A stretch of DNA of 50,145 nucleotides from an uncultured Candidatus Saccharibacteria bacterium. GTDB lineage: Bacteria > Patescibacteriota > Minisyncoccia > Phycocordibacterales > UBA918. The notes under the pieces are model-generated. The model had not been told where the DNA came from. It did no database searches and saw only the letters and a list, made by a program, of their open reading frames with translations. The position numbers and the translations under genes were made by a program. Shown piece after piece: positions 9,444 through 19,958 of this stretch. Positions within the stretch are counted from its first letter, which is position 1; each line of letters starts with the position of its first letter. Location: positions 89,764 through 139,908 of the forward strand of contig CAZSZB010000003.1 in NCBI GenBank assembly GCA_964611205.1. Reading direction: 5' to 3'.

Positions 9444-10709
9444 ATGAGTCAATACGAATATATCAAGGATCAAGATGAGGAAGTTTATCGAACTATTATG
9501 GGAGAGGAGAGAAGGGAGGCGCTTGGCATTGAGCTCATTCCAAGTGAAAATTACGTATCACGAGCTGTCCTAGAGGCCAACGGTTCAGTGTTAACCAACA
9601 AATATTCTGAAGGTTACCCAGGTCGTCGTTACTATGGTGGACAAGAGTATACTGACGCGATAGAAAGCATTGCTATTGAAAGAGCAAAGAAATTATTTGG
9701 TTGTAAATTTGCTAACGTGCAACCATTATCCGGAGCACCAGCTAACGTGGCTATGTATTTTGCTCTCTTGGAACCGGGTGACACTGTACTCGGGATGCAC
9801 TTAGAACATGGTGGACACTTAACCCATGGTCATCCAACCACCAATATCAACAAGGTGTTCAATTTTGTACGTTACAAAATGAAGGATGTGGAGACTGGTG
9901 AAATTGACTATGATGAGCTTAGAGAAATTGCTTTGGAACATAAACCAAAGATTATTTTAGCTGGTTTTTCTGCTTACTCACGTGAGCTTGATTATCAGAA
10001 GTTTGTTGATATTGCTAAAGAAGTAGGAGCCATTACTGTGGCAGATATGGCGCATATTGCGGGCTTGATTGCTGGGCAAGCGGTAAAAAATCCTTTTGCT
10101 TACGGTTTTGATGTAATTACCACTACTACTCATAAAACCCTACGCGGTCCTCGCGGGGGAATGATTTTAGTACGAGAAAGTGAAGAGATAGCTAAGAAGA
10201 TTGATAAGTCTGTCTTTCCTGGGCTTCAAGGAGGGCCACATATGAACAATATCGCAGCTAAAGCAATTGCTTTTGGAGAAGCTTTGCAGCCAGCTTTCAA
10301 AGTCTATTGTCAACAAATACTTAAGAATGCTAAAGCAATGGAGAAAGTTTTTGCTGACGCTGGAGTTAGAATGATTGGTGGCGGTACAAGTAATCACCTA
10401 ATTCTGGCCGACGTGAGTGGCCTAGGTATTACCGGCAAAGAAGCCGAAACTGTTTTGGATGAAGTAGGTATTACTCTTAATAAGAACATGATTCCCGATG
10501 AACCACGTTCAGCTATGGATCCTTCGGGTATCAGGTTTGGTACACCAGCTATGACCACAAGAGGTATGAAAGAAACCGAAGCAGCTCGAATCGCTGAGAT
10601 TATGATTGATACTCTAAAGAATAAAGATGATGATAATAAAAAAGGTTCTTATAAAGCAGAAATAGAAAGTCTTTGTAATCAATTTCCAGTACCAGATAAG
10701 TTTGTTTAG
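9444..10709 (+). CDS. glyA: Serine hydroxymethyltransferase
   Basis: ELIPSENY, NKYSEGYPGRRYYGG, TTTTHKTLRGPRGG (PLP Lys), FPGLQGGP. Confidence 0.97.
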   Translation: MSQYEYIKDQDEEVYRTIMGEERREALGIELIPSENYVSRAVLEANGSVLTNKYSEGYPGRRYYGGQEYTDAIESIAIERAKKLFGCKFANVQPLSGAPANVAMYFALLEPGDTVLGMHLEHGGHLTHGHPTTNINKVFNFVRYKMKDVETGEIDYDELREIALEHKPKIILAGFSAYSRELDYQKFVDIAKEVGAITVADMAHIAGLIAGQAVKNPFAYGFDVITTTTHKTLRGPRGGMILVRESEEIAKKIDKSVFPGLQGGPHMNNIAAKAIAFGEALQPAFKVYCQQILKNAKAMEKVFADAGVRMIGGGTSNHLILADVSGLGITGKEAETVLDEVGITLNKNMIPDEPRSAMDPSGIRFGTPAMTTRGMKETEAARIAEIMIDTLKNKDDDNKKGSYKAEIESLCNQFPVPDKFV

Positions 10710-10825
10710 GCTAAAGTCTTAGTAACAAATAATGGATTAGAATATATGAGTAGAGGCCACCATCGCATCTACTCATTTTTCTTTTCTAACTTAATCGCGT
10801 TAGAATGATTGGAACCTACTAAGCT

Positions 10826-11929
10826 ATGGAAAAACTCAAATTAAAATCATCAGTTAAAGCGCAAAAAACTGTTGCTAAAGCCAAGCGTCACTGGATGACG
10901 ATAGCCTTTTTGCTAGGTTTCTTGGTTGATAATTTGACTTTAAATCGGGTTGACCAAGTGTTCGATAACATCATACTCTTTTTCTATGTATCACTGGCAA
11001 TGACCTCCATGCTCCTTATGTATGCTGCCATGGCTGACAAGCTAGGCGAAAATTTTGCTTTAAAAACTAGAAAATATGCCCCTTTACTAATCCAGTATTC
11101 TTTTGGTGGTTTGCTATCAGGCATGTTGATATTCTATGGTCGTAGTGGTGACTGGACTCAGAGTTGGCCTTTTATGGTATTAATCCTGGTCGCTATTTAT
11201 GGTAATGAAACTATTAGTGATCGTGCCTCACGACTTTTGTATAACCTAGCCATTCTTTTCATCGGTTTGTTTTCCTATGTTGTGTTGGTAGTGCCAGTCT
11301 TAACAGGACATATGGGAGCTTGGATATTTGTTGGAAGCGGGGTATTGGCTTTAATTATAATGTCCGTCTTTATAAGGATATTGACCGCCATCATTCCTAA
11401 CTATATGGAAATGCAGATGAAGACAGTTATTTTCAGTATGGGAATTATCTTTGTTGGTTTTAATACTCTGTACTTTACCAATATCATACCCCCAATCCCG
11501 TTGTCACTTAAAGATATTGGTATTTATCATAGTGTTGTCCGTTTTGAAAACGGTGACTACCAACTCAAATATGAAGAAGGGCACTGGTGGCAATTCTATA
11601 AAGATTCTGATTATGTCTTCCATCCAAAACCGGGCGATAATGTATTTTGTTTTGCAAAAGTTTTTGCTCCCGCTCGACTAAAAACCGACATCTATCATGT
11701 TTGGGAGAAAAAAAATAAAGATGGCAAATGGGAGAGACAAGCCAAACTCTCATATTACATAGCTGGCGGCCGAGCGGATGGTTATCGAGGTTATACTTTG
11801 ATTCAGAATTTCTCTGATGGTAAGTGGCGGTGTTCTGTAGAGACTGCTCGTGGACAGGCTCTTGGGAAGGAAACTTTCATCATCGATTCGACAGAGAAAC
11901 CAGCTCCCCTCGTGACAATTATTGAATAA
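10826..11929 (+). CDS. Multi-pass membrane protein with C-terminal DUF2914-like soluble domain
   Basis: About 8 hydrophobic segments, then FAPARL.TDIYHVW, GGR.DGYRGY, GKWRCSVET. Confidence 0.7.
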   Translation: MEKLKLKSSVKAQKTVAKAKRHWMTIAFLLGFLVDNLTLNRVDQVFDNIILFFYVSLAMTSMLLMYAAMADKLGENFALKTRKYAPLLIQYSFGGLLSGMLIFYGRSGDWTQSWPFMVLILVAIYGNETISDRASRLLYNLAILFIGLFSYVVLVVPVLTGHMGAWIFVGSGVLALIIMSVFIRILTAIIPNYMEMQMKTVIFSMGIIFVGFNTLYFTNIIPPIPLSLKDIGIYHSVVRFENGDYQLKYEEGHWWQFYKDSDYVFHPKPGDNVFCFAKVFAPARLKTDIYHVWEKKNKDGKWERQAKLSYYIAGGRADGYRGYTLIQNFSDGKWRCSVETARGQALGKETFIIDSTEKPAPLVTIIE

Positions 11930-11946
11930 TTAGTTATCTTAACCTC

Positions 11947-13638
11947 ATGCAAGAAACTATCCGACAAGCCGTAAATCAAGTCTTAAAAGAGCTAAATATC
12001 GAAGCAGCTGATTTTGTAGTGGAGCATCCTGCCGATTTAACTCACGGTGATTATTCTTGTAATGTGGCGATGGTAGTGGCTAAGTCACTCGGCAAAAACC
12101 CACGTGAGTTAGCAGATGAGATAAGTGATCTACTAGAGAATAAAATAAACCAAGTTGAGAAAGTAACAATCGCTGGACCTGGTTTTATAAATTTTCATCT
12201 CAAGGCTGATTTTTTCAAAGAAAAAATCAGCCAAGCAATTGAAGCAAAGAGTGATTGGGGTAAAAATAAAATTCTCCTAGGCAAGAAATATCTTGTTGAA
12301 TACACAGATCCAAACCCTTTTAAAGAATTTCATATTGGTCATCTTTTTACTAACTCTGTTGGAGAGTCTATTTCTCGCTTGGTAGAGTTTTCAGGAGCCG
12401 ATACCAAACGTCTTTGTTATCAAGGAGATGTTGGTCTTCATGTAGCTCACGCTATTTTTGGTTTACAACAATTAGGTCTAACCGCGGCCGATGATTTTAC
12501 TGTCCAGGATCTAGGTAAGGCTTATGCTCTTGGAGCTACCGCCTACAAAGAAGGCGATGAAGAGGTGGTAGCAAAGATAAAAGATTTGAATAAAAAATTG
12601 TATGAACGTACTGACGAGGAATTAAATAAACTTTACGATAAAGGCAGGCAGATATCTCTTGATTATTTTGAGACTATTTATGAAACTATCGGTACTAAGT
12701 TTGACGAATATTTCTTTGAAAGTGAAGCTGGTCCTAAAGGAAAGGATTTGGTGTTAACTCATCCCGATATTTTTATTGATAGTGCTGGAGCCAAGGTCTT
12801 TCTAGGAGAAGATTTTGGTCTTCATACTAGAGTGTTTCTTAATTCAGAAGGTTTACCTACCTACGAAGCTAAAGAGTTAGCTTTGGCTAAAATGAAAGAA
12901 GATCGTCTAGGTGATTATGATTATTCCATCGTAGTGACATCTAATGAAGTAACTGAATATTTTAAAGTTCTTAAAAAAGCGATGAGTTTTGTTTACCCCC
13001 AGATAGAAATAAAAACTGAACATATTGGTCACGGGAACGTCAGACTAGCTACTGGAAAAATGTCCTCTCGTACGGGAGATATTGTCACTGCTCTAGATTT
13101 CATAAAAGAAATTGCCCAAGCTGCGGAAGAGAAAATGTCAGCATCAGCGCCAGAATTTAAGGCAGATAAGGAATTGACCGAGAGTATCGCTCTCGGGGCC
13201 ATTAAATATGCAACTCTTAAAGGTAGTATTTACCAAGATGCGGTATTTGATAAGACCAAAGCCCTGTCTTTTGAAGGTGCTTCTGGTCCTTATTTACAAT
13301 ACACTCACGCTCGTATTGTTTCGGTTCTAAAAAAGGCAAAAGCAGCCGGGATAGAAATCAGTCTAGAGAAGAAACCAGAAGTTCCTTACGAGGTAGAAAA
13401 GATACTTTACCGTTTTGAGGAGGTGATTGAGGAAGCGATGAGAGAAAGGATGCCACACAAAGTCGCTCAGTTCCTTACTGACTTAGCAGGAGAATTTAAT
13501 ACTTTTTATGCTCACGAAAAGATAGCTGATTCAACTGATGAATTCGCTCCTTACAAAGCCGCTGTTGCTGAAGCCGTAGCTAACACTCTTAAGAATGGCT
13601 TATGGGTCCTGGGAATTACTGCTCCCGAACAAATGTAG
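11947..13638 (+). CDS. argS: Arginine--tRNA ligase
   Basis: HGDYSCN, GPGFINF, PNPFKEFHIGH, KMSSRTG, FEGASGPYLQYTHAR. Confidence 0.96.
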   Translation: MQETIRQAVNQVLKELNIEAADFVVEHPADLTHGDYSCNVAMVVAKSLGKNPRELADEISDLLENKINQVEKVTIAGPGFINFHLKADFFKEKISQAIEAKSDWGKNKILLGKKYLVEYTDPNPFKEFHIGHLFTNSVGESISRLVEFSGADTKRLCYQGDVGLHVAHAIFGLQQLGLTAADDFTVQDLGKAYALGATAYKEGDEEVVAKIKDLNKKLYERTDEELNKLYDKGRQISLDYFETIYETIGTKFDEYFFESEAGPKGKDLVLTHPDIFIDSAGAKVFLGEDFGLHTRVFLNSEGLPTYEAKELALAKMKEDRLGDYDYSIVVTSNEVTEYFKVLKKAMSFVYPQIEIKTEHIGHGNVRLATGKMSSRTGDIVTALDFIKEIAQAAEEKMSASAPEFKADKELTESIALGAIKYATLKGSIYQDAVFDKTKALSFEGASGPYLQYTHARIVSVLKKAKAAGIEISLEKKPEVPYEVEKILYRFEEVIEEAMRERMPHKVAQFLTDLAGEFNTFYAHEKIADSTDEFAPYKAAVAEAVANTLKNGLWVLGITAPEQM

Positions 13639-13764
13639 TTTTATCGATAAGGTTTAAAGACTGATTACAGATATGGCTTTGCAAAGTCATCTTTCGTGTT
13701 ATTATGCGCTGTACGTGTCTGATATACACCTTTAACAGTAATGTCTGATATACATTCTTAGTTT

Positions 13765-16700
13765 ATGAATAAAGAAAATAAAGCCACTTTGGCGACAGAA
13801 AAAAGTGAAGTAGCATTGCGTGAAGAATCCGTAAAAGCCTTTTGGGAGGAACACGATATTTTTAAAAAAAGTTTAGAGACACCGGCCGGTAATAAACCTG
13901 TGGGTGATTTTGTTTTTTATGATGGACCACCTTTTGCAACTGGTCTACCACACTATGGTCATATTCTAGCCAGCACAGTAAAAGATGCGGTACCTCGGTT
14001 TTGGACTATGCAGGGGTATAAAGTACGCCGTCAGTGGGGTTGGGATTGTCATGGCTTGCCGGTAGAAAATCTTATAGAAAAGAAACTAGGCCTAGCTACC
14101 AAAAGAGATATTGAAGAGTATGGAATTAAGAATTTCAATGAGCAGGCTCGCAGTACAGTGATGGAGTATGCTGATGAATGGAAGGTGACTATTCCTCGGC
14201 TGGGTCGTTGGGCTGATATGGAAGATGATTATAAGACAATGGATTCCAGTTATACCGAAAGTGTCTGGTGGGTTTTTTCGGAGTTGAACAAAAAAGGTTT
14301 GGTGTTTGAAGGCTTTAAAAGTATGCACCTTTGCCCTCGTTGCGGTACTACTCTCTCTAACTTTGAGGTAAACCTGGGTTATAAAGATATCAAAGATATC
14401 GCTGTCTTTGTGACCCTTCCTTTTACAGAAACTATCTTAGCCAAAGATGAACCGCAAACATCTCTATTGGTTTGGACCACTACCCCTTGGACATTGCCGG
14501 GGAATATGGCTGCTGCCGTTCATCAAGACTATAATTACGCCGTGGTAGAAATGACCGGAGAGGAAGCGATTCCGGCTAAACGATTCTTACTGGCAAAAGA
14601 TAGAGTAGAAAACGTTTTTGGTGAAGTTGAATATAAAGTGGTGGGTGAAGTAAAGGGTTCTGATTTAGTAGGTAAAAAATATGAGCCACCATTTGATACT
14701 TGGTCAAAGCAACAGTTTGAAGGTAAAGAAAATGCCTGGCAAGTTTATCACGCTGATTATGTTGAGTTGGGCGAGACAGGAACCGGTGCTGTTCATTTAG
14801 CTCCAGCCTACGGCGAGGAAGATATGCAACTAGCAAAAGAGAATGGGGTACCAATCGTACACCATGTTGACGAGAGTGGGCACTTTAAAGATTTTGTCGA
14901 AGGTTTTGGTTGTCAGTTAGTGAAGCCAAAGGATGATGATGAAGCTGGTGTTAATCATAAAGATGCCGATATTGAGGTTCTTAAAAAGCTCCAGGAAAAA
15001 GACCGCTTATTTAAAAAAGAAAATATTGCTCATAGTTACCCGCACTGCTGGCGTTGTGACACCCCGCTACTTAATTACGCTACCACTTCGTGGTTTGTCG
15101 ATGTGCCAAGTATCAAAGATAAGTTGGTAGCAGAAAATGATAAAATCCACTGGGTTCCAGAATATGTTGGGACTAATCGTTTTGGTAGATGGCTAGAAGG
15201 AGCTCGAGACTGGGCAGTATCAAGACAGCGTTACTGGGGCGCTCCGTTACCGATTTGGCAAAATCCAGAAACCAAAGAATATAAAATATTTGGTTCTCTT
15301 GAAGATTTGCAAGCACACACTCCCAAGAACGGTAATAGTTATTTGCTAATGCGGCACGGAGAAAGTGATAGCAATCTAACTGGAACAATTAGTAGTAAAA
15401 AAACTGACAAAAATCACTTAACAGCTGAGGGAATATCTCAAACAGAGGCAGCTTCTGAGGCACTACCAAAAGATATTGATGTCATCATTCATTCAGGATT
15501 TGCTCGCACGAAAGAAACAGCTGAAATTATCAGCAAAAAGTATCCCGAAGCTCAAATCATAGAGGATGACCGAATTAGAGAGCTGGATTTGGCGGATGAT
15601 TTTGCTGGCAAAATCTGGGATGAATACAATAACCAGTTTGCTACTTGGTCTGATCGATATACGGAAGAATTGCCAGGTAGTGAGAATCGTCGCGATGTGC
15701 AGATTAGAATGGGGCAATTCATAGAAGCGATAGATAAGGAGTATAAAGATAAAAAAATCTTATTAATTGGTCATGCTGGACCATTCTTTGCCCTAGAATC
15801 TGTTGTGCGAGGACTGAACATCAAAGCCGCCAAAAAATTCTTTGAGCAACCAAATGCATATTTAAAAAATGCTGAGATACGAGAGTTGGAATATCTACCA
15901 ATACCACATAATGATAATTATGAACTAGATTTCCACCGACCTTATATAGATGACTTCTTAGTTTATGATGAGTCTGGTACCAAATTAGAAAGGATACCTG
16001 ACGTTTTTGATTGTTGGTTCGAGTCGGGTTCTATGCCTTACGGACAATATCATTACCCATTTGAAAACAAGGAAGAGTTTGAACAAAAATTATACCCAGC
16101 CAACTTTATTGCTGAAGGACTTGATCAAACCCGAGGTTGGTTCTACTCATTAATAGTATTAGGGACTGCTCTTTTTGGTAAAAGTCCATACCAAAATGTG
16201 ATGGTCAACGGTTTAATAATGGCGGAGGATGGTAAGAAGCTCAGTAAAAAACTACAGAACTACTCAGAGCCACTACAACTAGCTAATCAGGTTGGGGCAG
16301 ATTCGATGCGTTTTTACCTACTCTCTTCACCAGTAGTCAGAGCTGAAGATATTAGTTTTTCAGATAAGGAAGTAATGGATTTGCAGCGGAAAAATATTGG
16401 ACGTCTCCATAATGTTCTTACTATGTATCAAACTTATGCTGACGAAAAAGTATCTGAAACGGCTACTTCGCCACAAGTATTAGATAGGTGGATTGTAGCC
16501 AGGTTGAATGAAACGGTAGCTGAGATAACTACTAGTTATAAAAATTACGAATTAGATAAAGCTACTAGACCAATTACAGACTTGATAGATGATTTATCGG
16601 TTTGGTATTTGCGCCGTAGTCGTGATCGTTTGAAAGGTCTAGATATTAAAGATAAAGAATTAGCACTTGGTACTCTGCGGTTGGTGCTGAAAAAACTATC

Positions 16701-17304
16701 TCTAGTAATGGCTCCCGCAATGCCATTTTATGCAGAATATCTTTTCCAAGCTGTGAAAACAGAAGATGATCAGGAGAGTGTTCACTTGATGAAATGGCCT
16801 GATGTTAACGAAGTGGATAAAGAAGTTCTGGCCACCATGACGGCAGTACGTGAGGTGGTGAAAGCTGCTTTAGAAGTGAGAGCAAAGTCTGGAGTGAAGA
16901 CCAGGCAACCCCTGGGTGTCTTACGAGTGCAAGGAGAAGCTTTTGACTCAGCTTATATTCCACTTTTAGAAGAAGAGGTGAATGTGAAAGAGGTAAATTT
17001 TGTAGCAGACTTAGATGAAAAAGTAGAGCTTGATTTAACTATAACTCCAGAATTACAAGCTGAAGGCGATGTTCGAGAATTTGTTCGCGCTATTCAGGAG
17101 TTGCGTAAAGAAGCCGGTTTGCAACCGAGCGATCGAATCATTCTAAATGTTCAGACTGCTACTGCTGGAGAGGCTGTTCTCAAACAGTATATGGATGATA
17201 TTACTCAGACTGTTGGAGCTAATGAAATCAAGTTCACAAGCGTCACCGGTGAAGAAATCAAAGCGGGCACACACTCCTTTGTGGTCCAGATGGAAAAAAA
17301 GTAA
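13765..17304 (+). CDS. ileS: Isoleucine--tRNA ligase (type 2) with inserted histidine-phosphatase domain
   Basis: FYDGPPFATGLPHYGH, GWDCHGLPVE, WTTTPWTLP, SRQRYWG, DCWFESGSMP, AEGLDQTRGWF, KLSKK; RHGES...GHAG insert at about 15331-15900. Confidence 0.95.
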   Translation: MNKENKATLATEKSEVALREESVKAFWEEHDIFKKSLETPAGNKPVGDFVFYDGPPFATGLPHYGHILASTVKDAVPRFWTMQGYKVRRQWGWDCHGLPVENLIEKKLGLATKRDIEEYGIKNFNEQARSTVMEYADEWKVTIPRLGRWADMEDDYKTMDSSYTESVWWVFSELNKKGLVFEGFKSMHLCPRCGTTLSNFEVNLGYKDIKDIAVFVTLPFTETILAKDEPQTSLLVWTTTPWTLPGNMAAAVHQDYNYAVVEMTGEEAIPAKRFLLAKDRVENVFGEVEYKVVGEVKGSDLVGKKYEPPFDTWSKQQFEGKENAWQVYHADYVELGETGTGAVHLAPAYGEEDMQLAKENGVPIVHHVDESGHFKDFVEGFGCQLVKPKDDDEAGVNHKDADIEVLKKLQEKDRLFKKENIAHSYPHCWRCDTPLLNYATTSWFVDVPSIKDKLVAENDKIHWVPEYVGTNRFGRWLEGARDWAVSRQRYWGAPLPIWQNPETKEYKIFGSLEDLQAHTPKNGNSYLLMRHGESDSNLTGTISSKKTDKNHLTAEGISQTEAASEALPKDIDVIIHSGFARTKETAEIISKKYPEAQIIEDDRIRELDLADDFAGKIWDEYNNQFATWSDRYTEELPGSENRRDVQIRMGQFIEAIDKEYKDKKILLIGHAGPFFALESVVRGLNIKAAKKFFEQPNAYLKNAEIRELEYLPIPHNDNYELDFHRPYIDDFLVYDESGTKLERIPDVFDCWFESGSMPYGQYHYPFENKEEFEQKLYPANFIAEGLDQTRGWFYSLIVLGTALFGKSPYQNVMVNGLIMAEDGKKLSKKLQNYSEPLQLANQVGADSMRFYLLSSPVVRAEDISFSDKEVMDLQRKNIGRLHNVLTMYQTYADEKVSETATSPQVLDRWIVARLNETVAEITTSYKNYELDKATRPITDLIDDLSVWYLRRSRDRLKGLDIKDKELALGTLRLVLKKLSLVMAPAMPFYAEYLFQAVKTEDDQESVHLMKWPDVNEVDKEVLATMTAVREVVKAALEVRAKSGVKTRQPLGVLRVQGEAFDSAYIPLLEEEVNVKEVNFVADLDEKVELDLTITPELQAEGDVREFVRAIQELRKEAGLQPSDRIILNVQTATAGEAVLKQYMDDITQTVGANEIKFTSVTGEEIKAGTHSFVVQMEKK

Positions 17305-17316
17305 GTTAAGTTATAC

Positions 17317-17898
17317 TTGATTAGTATGGCTTATCAGACATATATAACCGAGGCTATAGTTTGTGGTAGTAAAGATTACCAGACCTCTGATCGTTCCTTC
17401 CTGCTGTTTACCGAAGAGGCTGGTATGTTATGGGCGACAGCTAGAAGTGTTAGAGTGGAGAAGTCTAAGCAGCGCTATGCTTTGCAAGATTTTTCCATTA
17501 TCAGAGTTTCTCTAATAAAAGGTAAGTCTGGTTGGCGGATTGGTAGTGTAGAGGCTATCAGTAATCCCTTTATGGAGGCACAGACTCGTAGTGCCCGCGC
17601 TAGTATTCAAAAGACAATCAAGATGATGCGCCGTTTTCTCCACGGTACTGAGCCATATCCACTAATATATAGAGACGCAGTAATGGCCCTATCATGTCTG
17701 GAGGTGGCAGAAGGTAGGGATGTAATAGATTTATCTGATCTCTTTGCTCTTCGTATGTTATATAATTTAGGTTATATAGCGCTCGATGATTCATTTAAAG
17801 AGATTATTACCAGCCAGGATCCTTGGTCGATATATATATCATTGCCACCATTAGCGCATCAGACGATAGAGAAAGCTGTCATGGCCAGCCACCTATAG
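17317..17898 (+). CDS. recO: DNA repair protein RecO (N-terminal OB domain, short form; start possibly 17326)
   Basis: TEAIVCG, LFTEEAGMLWATARSVR.EKSK pattern of the RecO N-terminus. Confidence 0.7.
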   Translation: MISMAYQTYITEAIVCGSKDYQTSDRSFLLFTEEAGMLWATARSVRVEKSKQRYALQDFSIIRVSLIKGKSGWRIGSVEAISNPFMEAQTRSARASIQKTIKMMRRFLHGTEPYPLIYRDAVMALSCLEVAEGRDVIDLSDLFALRMLYNLGYIALDDSFKEIITSQDPWSIYISLPPLAHQTIEKAVMASHL

Positions 17899-17965
17899 AT
17901 AACACTGGTTCGCTTATCAGTTGAAATTAATACCATCATGCTATACTGATTTTTAGACATAAATT

Positions 17966-19909
17966 ATGGGAATCAAAAATCAAAAAAGTTTAGATAGTTT
18001 AAAAAAACGCCTATACGAGCGAGGTCAGCAAGATATTAAGCCTAAAAATTTTGAATTAGAAGATAATTCAAAAACAGTGACTTCACAATGGAAGACACCT
18101 CCTCAGCCGTTACAAAAACCTGTTGCTAAACAACCGGTTTATTCTGATGATAGCGAATCCCATATTAGTAGTTCTGAATTAACTATGAAAAAGAAAAAGA
18201 CATATCGGGCAAAATTAGTGATGCTGGGACTGGCGGTCCTGGTTTTCTCTATTGGAGTAGCTAGTGTTTTAACATTAAGCGGCAATAATACTATTTCCGG
18301 AAAAAATATCGCTATTGCAATAACTGGTCCATTAACAGTTGGTGGAGGTGAGGTGATTCCTCTACAGGTTGGTATCACCAACAACAATACCGTAGCCATA
18401 AATTCAGCTACCCTGATCGTTGAATATCCGTCTGGTACGCAATCGGTAGCAGATAACGCCGGAGATTTGCACATCGAACGTCTGCAATTAGATACCATTA
18501 AAGGCGGAGAAACCTTGAATATACCATTACGAGCTATAGTCTACGGAGAAGAAAATGAAGAAAAGGAGGTTAAGGTATCAATTGAGTATCGCGTGGAAGG
18601 TTCCAATGCTGTTTTCTTTAAGGAAGCTGAATCATTGTTCTTTAAAATTAGCTCCTCACCAATTTCTTTAAAAGTTGACAATGAAGTTAGGATTTCTTCC
18701 GGTCAAGAGACAGAAATGTCTTTTACAATAACTTCAAATTCACCAACTAATTTGTCGGGTCTGTTAGTTAAGGCTGAGTATCCCAGAGGGTTTGATTTTA
18801 GCAAAGCTGAACCAGCCCCCGATTATGCCCAGAATATGTGGTTGATTAAAAATTTAAAACCAGAATCATCTAAAACTTTTACTATCAAAGGAGTGATAGA
18901 TGGCAACGAGGGGGAGAATACAGCTATTAATATTTTAGTGGGAGTACCCAGCGAATCCAAACCTCAAGAGCTCACCTCGGTCTTCGTTTCTGACAAAGCA
19001 AATTTTCAGATCGAGAGGCCTTTTTTTGATATAGACATGAAGATAGATGGGCAAAGTAGTAATGATGTTTCAGTTGAGCCCGGTAGTAATTTTGGAGTAA
19101 CAATCGAAGCTTTAAATATGTTGGACTACACTTTATATGATACTTCAGTCAAGGTTTTTCTTTCTGGCAACGCGGTTGCAGGGGCTGATATAAATGTTGA
19201 TAACGGATTTTACAATTCTGCCAATAATACAATTACCTGGGAGGTGGGGAGTCAAAGTTCTTTGGAACAAACTTTGCCTGGCAATAAAGCCAAAGTTAGT
19301 TTTTCTGTAAAACCTGATACAAAGGTAACTAAGACCCCACAAATAAATATCGACGTGCAAGTCCAATCCAAACGAGTTTCAGCTGACCGAGTAGCAGAAA
19401 AATTAGAAAGTACTGACAGTGCGGTAGTTAGAGTAGTCAGTACGCCGAAGATAGCGGCCGATGTTATTTACAATAAGGGTGCTTTTATTGATGTTGGACC
19501 AATTCCACCAAGAGCAGAGGAGGAAACTACATATACGTTGTCATATATGCTGACCAGTGGTTCTAACAGCATCACCAACTCTACAGTTACCGCTAATCTT
19601 CCTAGTTATGTAAAGTGGCTTGATCAGACTTCTGGTAGCGGTGAAGTAGAATTTAATCCTATAAATCGTACCCTTACTTGGAACCCGGGCAATGTAGCAG
19701 CCAACGCATCTGTTTTTGTCTCATTCCAAGTAGGCTTAACCCCTAGTAAATCCCAGATTGGCAATACCTTAACTCTGTTAGATAAGCAAACCTTAAAAGC
19801 GACTGATCTTTTTACTAATCAAGTAGTACGAGATGAGCACACTGCCTTAACTACTGAATTGAGCCGAGAGACTGGCTATCCGTCTGGTAATGGACGGGTA
19901 ACAGAGTAA
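17966..19909 (+). CDS. Large single-TM extracellular protein with repeated beta-sandwich (Ig/DUF11-like) modules
   Basis: Basic N-terminus, one TM helix, repeated Y/LP.G...W....L.P patterns; family not firmly assigned. Confidence 0.6.
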   Translation: MGIKNQKSLDSLKKRLYERGQQDIKPKNFELEDNSKTVTSQWKTPPQPLQKPVAKQPVYSDDSESHISSSELTMKKKKTYRAKLVMLGLAVLVFSIGVASVLTLSGNNTISGKNIAIAITGPLTVGGGEVIPLQVGITNNNTVAINSATLIVEYPSGTQSVADNAGDLHIERLQLDTIKGGETLNIPLRAIVYGEENEEKEVKVSIEYRVEGSNAVFFKEAESLFFKISSSPISLKVDNEVRISSGQETEMSFTITSNSPTNLSGLLVKAEYPRGFDFSKAEPAPDYAQNMWLIKNLKPESSKTFTIKGVIDGNEGENTAINILVGVPSESKPQELTSVFVSDKANFQIERPFFDIDMKIDGQSSNDVSVEPGSNFGVTIEALNMLDYTLYDTSVKVFLSGNAVAGADINVDNGFYNSANNTITWEVGSQSSLEQTLPGNKAKVSFSVKPDTKVTKTPQINIDVQVQSKRVSADRVAEKLESTDSAVVRVVSTPKIAADVIYNKGAFIDVGPIPPRAEEETTYTLSYMLTSGSNSITNSTVTANLPSYVKWLDQTSGSGEVEFNPINRTLTWNPGNVAANASVFVSFQVGLTPSKSQIGNTLTLLDKQTLKATDLFTNQVVRDEHTALTTELSRETGYPSGNGRVTE

Positions 19910-19958
19910 TTTGACTACTGTTCTGCTATTTCCTACTCTGTGATATTGTAATCTCATT

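Noticed and set aside
13640-13764. T-box riboswitch upstream of ileS or other tRNA ligases
   Set aside because: Leader too short and no T-box antiterminator consensus (UGGNACC) or specifier stem found
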